From an uncultured archaeon (GTDB lineage: Archaea > Altiarchaeota > Altiarchaeia > IMC4 > SCGC-AAA252-I15): a stretch of DNA of 64,000 bases. The notes under the pieces were generated by a model. It was not told the DNA's origin and did not search any database. It was given only the letters and a program-made list of their open reading frames with translations. Position numbers and translations under genes: made by a program. How positions within the stretch are numbered: position 1 is the stretch's first letter; each line of letters begins with the position of its first letter. The stretch covers positions 53,305 to 117,304 of the forward strand of contig CABMCB010000094.1 of assembly GCA_902384455.1 (NCBI GenBank). The letters run 5' to 3'. Shown piece by piece: positions 59,601-64,000 of this stretch.

Positions 59601-59804
59601 TTTTCCGGCCTCTTCAAGTATCCGCGAGGTGTGGCAGCCGACGAAAGCGGCAACGTCTGGGTGTCGGACACTCAAAACAACAGGATTCAAGTATTCAACC
59701 TATGCTACTCCGACTTCACGACTCCGCCGGAAAACAACACCGTAACATACCACCCGACACTGCGCGCCGGCTGGAACCTCATAAGCATACCAATCGCCTT
59801 ATAG
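53637..59804 (+). CDS. Giant (2055 aa) secreted protein: tandem ~200-aa repeats, Ig/FN3-like domains, NHL propeller, C-terminal GWNLISIP
   Basis: Repeats ending YHGWxLxDRxxxW; NHL motifs YVADTENHRIQIF and WVSDTQNNRIQVF. Confidence 0.87.
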   Translation: MKRFCSAFLIAAVILPLLAPCVSAAVSDRFDYPVRYEFSGMTFAVIYNGTKTPEENWLESHLQGHAVFKSNTTSTSELQSYNAVFETRPLLGASKITELSGNVNLILIGQAVLDFNASLWGIDSMSQNNASENNTFVVASDSGPTRGYPENSTPTIGVNGVYEFSGDNFTAHLVDINTSAAILGSYSYGSGKTVLIGTNVSVYHTGRIMDKAVYWMADRTPYAPLNSWYCFNGASDKEGCSRIVVVIDNPSNVTHQENSTYYLPAITFGDTEVHRIELSELTTANLTPVRAVVVTQQNHLGAIRDWLTGNNKSIFYIYGAVQDLAYTPYEGASTGPLNITNTTRGLATVTRSLPQDMTWGYPVGAQIATQKDGLHYIATAPGFTALLTGEDGVFLTANDAGNYRIAAFGYDPYQSDLQKCTPDGYHGWIILHRGLDWLQNRLNLTAPAQKPIIVAAYSNDFLHQCPLGSSSPSEKALVDHMQSAYSGEVATVDLSLINITNYTGVNLVVVTTAYTMTSKIPLWTGANISMLYVHDGVNETSTPYYGGTVTAVEYVNYATVSNGEGGYPTYGYPVNVQVYTQYNGTQYYSSVSGYTTLARGADVLLSVKGTSPRVGVYGFDPNGANLSLCYGYHGWKLLDRTVDYLMYDLTIVGVTGKRIVVPFYSINANDTSTYTCATDQDYLIYQRISNKSYAQNNISRIDISVLNASDYTRTQMMAVGYPTAAKSMVSSWRNAGRGILFVRGAVYDAIGTVGAGSYSFDANNSGYANISLASSDKLTYGYPESGYIPIDFGSSPATFTILGTATLVTNEQGAGLVASGTGVGRVVAFGFNLTDTFGTCDAYHGWKLFDRSVEWILGILSVPRLNVQNLGLVVVKDSNSTCMSDEEKAIQARLNYTMNMSSRGILNTTVIEVSVLGSSSYANAEAIVIPDDAANATGNYHMSLIAGDTYDSAKVGVLMFKEGLAKAKIQSGAGNCDFSNVSGRFYGRITTSNVNNKDMVYPPYGYPYNAKIQIQGESDNACYWQNPSPPYVGFLKTDGSLYDMVGVVREQSGGNEKMVLLGFTPYKAWMAGTLESDADYHHAYKLFDRSIYWITGDSPKPTKTLDNTIVVYNSLSLTQGESTLVNWSRNYFGAKATSYIDVGDSLTADSCGAERMTFLKRGLISGIADRWNNLGRGLTFLGESVYDSKPSVAVITDVNYLGAEYGMDTPIYAQSISPHAITNYLTVGNSENVSNKGIGVYAFYVNTTIADQIANHTNWNGAGNMEILVAVRNQTGSAGAVSVLAFEPENASTIGQNWTKNAMLWVHPFDNVSPTYLGTAAVPSSYSNASAFSIIANFTDDRNWSVYNVWINYTVDYVTWFVRNLTQNVRPDVYGCSIDPNMNYWNASLGPYPAYNFIVYYAAAVDTAGNSASGPLKYYGYTDSTAPQVLDVRFTPYQPNSTSNISILWRTSEYSNGTVYYRQRGGGSWTTLNNNDIVINHTISVGSFSNGTYEYGVMSCDLSGNCRNDANNGNFYLFCVNPGCETRAPNITGHSPPNGTAYAPPVPNFYMNVTTNEWAWCRYSGGSDKAYANMTLDFNTSDGIAHNATITFYENSSTNTYYIRCRDMYSNTMNSSYVVYYEKDGTPPVIALLTPENQTNYTGGKIVFTYQPFDNVNISRCTLYTTRTGSWQPEYTQTNITVGATNNFTLTHVCSGTFRWNILCYDTVNNSAFAPHNLTLSVNSTLPIFTLGCQLESGCATHGGGGPAEFDWPLGLRPYNGRMYIVDYNNNRIKVYNTNGDYVTTFGTEDCGGSPANGAFCQPHAVSIVTNTTTARILAADNINNRVQHWTTLSTPTFVENVGINRPAGIASMQGKYFVASSSTDTITTYNFSTGVTINTFGSGIVDINCFGSPKPAGMYVSGTSLYLANRCDNTVEVFFTTGGAHLSTLGGYGTNQSHFIEPTDVYVDAQGLLYVADTENHRIQIFNATTLEYVYTLGTNFYGGGSDFSGLFKYPRGVAADESGNVWVSDTQNNRIQVFNLCYSDFTTPPENNTVTYHPTLRAGWNLISIPIAL

Positions 59805-59861
59805 AGGGAGTAACATTCCGTATTTATTAACGGAGGAATATGTATAACCGAGGGGCATAGA

Positions 59862-60443
59862 ATGGCAGAAAAACACTCTTCTGAAAAAGAAACAACCGCC
59901 AAGGCGGACAAAAAAGGCGACACAACACTCCAGTGGATCGTAATCGCAGGAGTCCTGATAGTAGGAATAATACTGCTGGTATACTTCTCAAACAGAGCCC
60001 CACCTGCCCCGCCCGTAACCACAACAACCGTCGCAGTCAAACCCACGACCACAACAGTCAAAGCAGCTCCAAAGCCGACAACCACAATATTCGGAACTAA
60101 AAAGCCCGCAGACATACTCAAAGAAGTTCAGAACCTCCAAGGAGCCGACGCCGCCTGGTGCAAAAAAGGCACCTCCTCAAGCAAAGCAGGAAACCTCACA
60201 ATACTCGGAATAGTAACATACAAAGGCAAAACAATGTGCCATGAAATCCTAAGACACAACCAAGGCACAAGCGAAAGCTGGTTCAGCCAAGACAGAGGCC
60301 TAATATACACCAACCACTACCTACCGAACGGAACGCTGCTTTTCTCGGTAGTGGAAGAAGGCAAATGCCAGAAGACGTACACAGCGCAGGGAGTCCTGCA
60401 GAAAGACAGCTGCGTATCATTCAAGGCAACTGCTACGAAGTAG
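59862..60443 (+). CDS. Membrane-anchored hypothetical protein
   Basis: GAGGGG SD; single TM; Pro/Thr linker; Cys-containing C-terminal domain. Confidence 0.75.
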   Translation: MAEKHSSEKETTAKADKKGDTTLQWIVIAGVLIVGIILLVYFSNRAPPAPPVTTTTVAVKPTTTTVKAAPKPTTTIFGTKKPADILKEVQNLQGADAAWCKKGTSSSKAGNLTILGIVTYKGKTMCHEILRHNQGTSESWFSQDRGLIYTNHYLPNGTLLFSVVEEGKCQKTYTAQGVLQKDSCVSFKATATK

Positions 60444-60472
60444 GGATAGAAAGCGCACACGGCTTGGGCTGT

Positions 60473-60532
60473 GTCCGTCAGAAGCTACCCTTATCGTCAC
60501 TAATCAGAGTGGGTCGCTCTCATCACCCGGAC
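60473..60532 (-). ncRNA. Box C/D guide sRNA 1
   Basis: Minus strand GTCCG-G-GTGATGA(C)-GAGCGACCCACT-CTGA(D')-TTA-GTGACGA(C')-TAAGGGTAGCTT-CTGA(D)-CGGAC; terminal stem; two 12-nt guides. Confidence 0.9.
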
Positions 60533-60577
60533 GGTAAGATAGAGGACGACGCCGTAAATTAACGAAACAAGCAGACA

Positions 60578-60640
60578 TGTCCGTCAGAAGCTACCCTTAT
60601 CCTCACGTAATCAGTCTACTTCGCTATCATCACTCGGACA
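60578..60640 (-). ncRNA. Box C/D guide sRNA 2
   Basis: Minus strand TGTCCG-A-GTGATGA(C)-TAGCGAAGTAGA-CTGA(D')-TTAC-GTGAGGA(C')-TAAGGGTAGCTT-CTGA(D)-CGGACA. Confidence 0.9.
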
Positions 60641-60721
60641 AATAGACATAGGAAACCAACGGAATAATATGCGACAAGCAAACGGAATTAAAAAAGAAGC
60701 GCAACGAGTAAAGTAACTGGT

Positions 60722-62089
60722 ATGCAAATGCCGTTTCGCAGGGTTGCCTTGACGTTAATTCTATTTTCGGCGCTAACCAACAGCGTTAACGCAGTAAACT
60801 GCGGGGGCACCACATCATGCGGGTGCACCGACACCGTAACGTCAGACTATAACCTGACCTCCAATTTGAAGTGCGCGCCATTTGCTTTCACTATCGGCTC
60901 CGACAACATCACAATAGACTGCCAAGGCCACAACGTGAGCGGATTCGGATTCGGCAACGGCTTTCTGGTATCTGGCCGTTTTGGAGTTGGGATTAGGAAT
61001 TGCTCGATACGGGATTTCTCGAATGCGCTTCATTTGTACAACTCAAGCGTGATAGTGGTTAGCAATAACTCTTTCATTGGAGATGACGTCGGCGTTTTCC
61101 TTAATTACTCAAGGAACAGTACTGTGGCGGATAATACGGCGTTAAATTGCGTTCAGGCGGCAGTGTACTTGCTTAATTCGACCGGCAACAACGTGACGGC
61201 AAACAACATGAGCACGAATAGTACGTGGGCGTCTTCGTCTTCAGGGGTTTACCTGCGCAATTCCAACTTCAACGAAGTGAGCGAAAATACCGTGCAGCAC
61301 CTTCAGTACGGCGTTTACCTCCTTAACTCCGCAGGTAATGCCGTGAGAAACAACACCCTCATGAACTACTCAGACTATTACCCAACTTACGGCATTTTCC
61401 TTTCAAACTCGGCCAACAACACCGTACTCTGGAACACCCTCCTCTCAGTGAGCACTGGCATTTTCCTCGCCACCTCGAACAACAACACTGTAGGAAACAA
61501 CATCGTCAGACTAGAGTATGGTTACGGCACCCCCCGGACATGGACAGGTATAGATGTGGCGGGCTCAAGATTCAACGCCCTTGTTTTGAATAGAGTAAAC
61601 TTGAGCGGCGACGGCATCATATTCAGGGACGGCTCAAGCAACAACACCGCTAGGGAAAACACACTTTACTCGAGTGGTTACGGACTCCACGTCCTCGGCG
61701 CAGTAAACAACACCGTAGAGAACAACACTTTCCGGTGGAATTACGTCGGGATTTACGTTGAGAACTCTAGCCGCAACAGAATCGCGGCCAACGTCGTTGA
61801 AAACTCCTCTACGGACGGACTCCGCTTTGCCGATTATATAAGCGAGGGGGCAAGCAACAACAACGTGGCAGACGACAACAGGCTTTGCTATAATGGGTAT
61901 GCTGGAGGGTACTACGACTTATATAACGGAGGGACAAATTCAGGAAGCGGCAACACCTGCAATAGGACATTCAACTGGAACGACACCGGAACAGTAGGAT
62001 GCCGGCACCTGTGCGGAGCAACGATACTCGTGTGGAATCAGCGCTTAACAGGCGGCTGGAACCTTGTTGACCTCCCGATTATCATTTAA
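60722..62089 (+). CDS. Secreted right-handed parallel beta-helix (NosD/PbH1-like) protein with C-terminal GWNLVDLP
   Basis: ITIDCQGH; repeated G(I/V)(Y/F)LxxSxxNxVxxN; ends LTGGWNLVDLPIII. Confidence 0.87.
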   Translation: MQMPFRRVALTLILFSALTNSVNAVNCGGTTSCGCTDTVTSDYNLTSNLKCAPFAFTIGSDNITIDCQGHNVSGFGFGNGFLVSGRFGVGIRNCSIRDFSNALHLYNSSVIVVSNNSFIGDDVGVFLNYSRNSTVADNTALNCVQAAVYLLNSTGNNVTANNMSTNSTWASSSSGVYLRNSNFNEVSENTVQHLQYGVYLLNSAGNAVRNNTLMNYSDYYPTYGIFLSNSANNTVLWNTLLSVSTGIFLATSNNNTVGNNIVRLEYGYGTPRTWTGIDVAGSRFNALVLNRVNLSGDGIIFRDGSSNNTARENTLYSSGYGLHVLGAVNNTVENNTFRWNYVGIYVENSSRNRIAANVVENSSTDGLRFADYISEGASNNNVADDNRLCYNGYAGGYYDLYNGGTNSGSGNTCNRTFNWNDTGTVGCRHLCGATILVWNQRLTGGWNLVDLPIII

Positions 62090-62103
62090 TCCTACGGGAG
62101 GGA

Positions 62104-64000
62104 TTAGACTCCAACGTAGGATACGTTGAGGGTGTATGGGTTAGGCAGCAAAAGCCCGGAGTTTAAGTGGACGATAGCCCAGTATCGGGCTTCCGTGAGG
62201 TTTTGGAGGACCAACGTCTTTTGAGTCAGACTTGTGGTGTTCCCAGTTTTTAGGATTCCCCCGCCCGGAGACGCAAGATAAAGCTCGATGTCGTTCACTC
62301 CACCCCACGTTAAGGCTAAAGACAATGAAGTCGCATTTGGGTTGTAAAGGAGATAGTAGACGTAGTCTCCGATTGTTCTCTCGTTCACATAAGCGTCATT
62401 TACCGTCCCGTTAATCAAACCTGCGCCGATAAGAGGCACAGTCGCCACGATTGGGACGCGCAACGTCCTGTTAGAATGGTGGACCACCAAAATACCGCCG
62501 TAAACGAAAGGCGCCTGACCCAAAGGCGCAATAAGAGTAAAAGGCGCTGAAACATCACCTCCCGCAGGAAGCGACACGTTACCAGGAAGCGTAAAATAAG
62601 AAGAAGACATAACCACGTCGTTCTCAATGTTGGACAAATTCTCGGCCTCAAACCATACGTATGTCGAATCGTTTCCGTGGTTGATTAAAGAAACGTTTAC
62701 TGTGAGGGGTGTTCCGGGAATCAATTCGGTTTCCAATCTGTCGGTGCCGTTGATTGAAACGTCAACGGTCTCGGTCAGCGCGTTGTATATGTTTACTTCT
62801 CCAGCTCCTGCCTCAAATGTTTTGGCGTCAATCTTTGAGGCTGTATGCATTAGGCGGCTCTTAAAGTCGCGGGCAGACAAATTAGGCATGCCCTCCTTAA
62901 GTAAAGCGGCAACACCTGAAACGTGGGGAGTGGCCATGCTGGTGCCGTCGAACGTGAGGTAGGGAAAAACTGAATGGACGTATGTGCTTGTTATCCTAAA
63001 TCCTGGGGCAGAAACATCCGGGTCAAGGCGGCCGAATGCGCTCGGTCCTCTGCTGCTGAATGCGGTTATTGTGTCGTCTTCTTGCTCTATGGTGCCTCTG
63101 TCGTCTGAGGCGCCGACGGTTATTACGTCCGGGTTGTCGCCGGGTGATGCGACTGTGCCTGTGCCGGGTCCGGCGTTGGCTGCGGCCACAACCGGAACTA
63201 CGCCGTATTCTACTGCTTCTCCTGCCGCTTGGGCCATTGGGTCGTCTGCGCCGTCGTTGGTTATGTTTGGCGGCAAGCCGCCTACGCTCATGCTGAGCAC
63301 GTCAGCGCCTGCGCCTACTGCCCAGTCTATGCCGGCTATGATATTAGAAACTGAGCCGGTGCCTGAGGAATCAAAAACTTTGACTGCAAGAAGCCGAGCG
63401 TCAGGAGCCACACCCAAAAGAGTGCCTTTGGCGGCCACTATGCCGGCGCAGTGGGTTCCGTGTCCGTTGTCGTCCATGGGGTCGGGGTTGGCGTAGCTGA
63501 CAAGATTTACTCCGTCCACTACCTTGCATGTTGTTCCCAAGCACCCTCCTAAGTCTGGGTGGAGGTAGTCTATTCCGGTGTCTATTATTGCGACGGTTAC
63601 ATTTTTGCCTGTGACGCTTAGGTTGCCCCATGCTGCGGAGGCTCCTGTTGAGGGAATCCTCCAGTCCTGCGTTTCATAATCTCCTACTGAGTTGATCAAA
63701 CTAACATTCCGGTCGAAGTAAGCTGATTCCACGTACGGACTCTTAAGCGCCAGCCTTAAATCCGAAGCAATAAACTCCCCTGAAAGGACATTAAGGTACT
63801 TGAGCCGACGCTCAACATGAGACCCCTTGGAAAGCAGGCCTTCAACGCTGTTCTGCTCCTGCTGAATCAATGAAATACTTTGGGAGTCTAATATGCGGCC
63901 TCCTTTTGGTGTCCGGGTTGTTTTTGTTTCTTTGGGGGGGTGTAGGAAGAGTATTGCCTTGATTTTTTCGTCGTCTTGGGCGTTGTTTAATTGGGCGTTC
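62104..64000 (-). CDS. S8 family subtilisin-like serine protease, 5' end beyond the window
   Basis: Triad motifs VAIIDTGID, HGTHCAG, GTSMATPH; the frame stays open from 63870 to the window end. Confidence 0.93.
   Translation of the reverse strand, partial: NAQLNNAQDDEKIKAILFLHPPKETKTTRTPKGGRILDSQSISLIQQEQNSVEGLLSKGSHVERRLKYLNVLSGEFIASDLRLALKSPYVESAYFDRNVSLINSVGDYETQDWRIPSTGASAAWGNLSVTGKNVTVAIIDTGIDYLHPDLGGCLGTTCKVVDGVNLVSYANPDPMDDNGHGTHCAGIVAAKGTLLGVAPDARLLAVKVFDSSGTGSVSNIIAGIDWAVGAGADVLSMSVGGLPPNITNDGADDPMAQAAGEAVEYGVVPVVAAANAGPGTGTVASPGDNPDVITVGASDDRGTIEQEDDTITAFSSRGPSAFGRLDPDVSAPGFRITSTYVHSVFPYLTFDGTSMATPHVSGVAALLKEGMPNLSARDFKSRLMHTASKIDAKTFEAGAGEVNIYNALTETVDVSINGTDRLETELIPGTPLTVNVSLINHGNDSTYVWFEAENLSNIENDVVMSSSYFTLPGNVSLPAGGDVSAPFTLIAPLGQAPFVYGGILVVHHSNRTLRVPIVATVPLIGAGLINGTVNDAYVNERTIGDYVYYLLYNPNATSLSLALTWGGVNDIELYLASPGGGILKTGNTTSLTQKTLVLQNLTEARYWAIVHLNSGLLLPNPYTLNVSYVGV

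Noticed and set aside
60365-60562. 65-aa + strand ORF
   Set aside because: It overlaps the upstream CDS end and is antisense to box C/D sRNA 1.
63868-63870. TTG start for the subtilase
   Set aside because: The frame stays open to the window end and no signal peptide follows the TTG, so the start lies outside the window.

Overview
Archaeal chromosomal segment: TFB, FtsZ, Nop5, Sec61-beta, ApgM, SRP RNA, box C/D sRNAs and TATA-like promoters are all present. The Thr-rich and Cys-rich surface proteins suggest a DPANN/Altiarchaeota-like lineage (inference). From left to right the window holds a six-gene Hyf-like/Ehr membrane complex flanked by thiol-redox genes, then TFB, TauE, a structured intergenic RNA and PhoU. 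Next comes a leftward surface-protein operon headed by an array of four mosaic membrane/lipoprotein paralogues with hydrolase 5' fragments and five identical 15-bp repeats. After that lie a 2564-aa surface protein, an orphan histidine kinase, SRP RNA-ftsZ, two CheD-like paralogues, glycosyltransferases, Ig-like surface proteins, nop5, a 2055-aa repeat protein, two tandem C/D sRNAs, a beta-helix protein and a partial subtilase. Best candidates for undescribed biology: (i) the repeat-punctuated, apparently shuffled array upstream of a secreted PHP hydrolase; (ii) an Ehr complex lacking both the Ni ligands and all four canonical Fe-S cysteines of its small subunit; (iii) a shared C-terminal GWNL(I/V)xxP strand on unrelated secreted proteins; (iv) an ARRPOF-like RNA in an archaeon. 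No tRNA, rRNA, CRISPR array, transposase or integrase was recognised. All family calls come from reading motifs, not from database searches.
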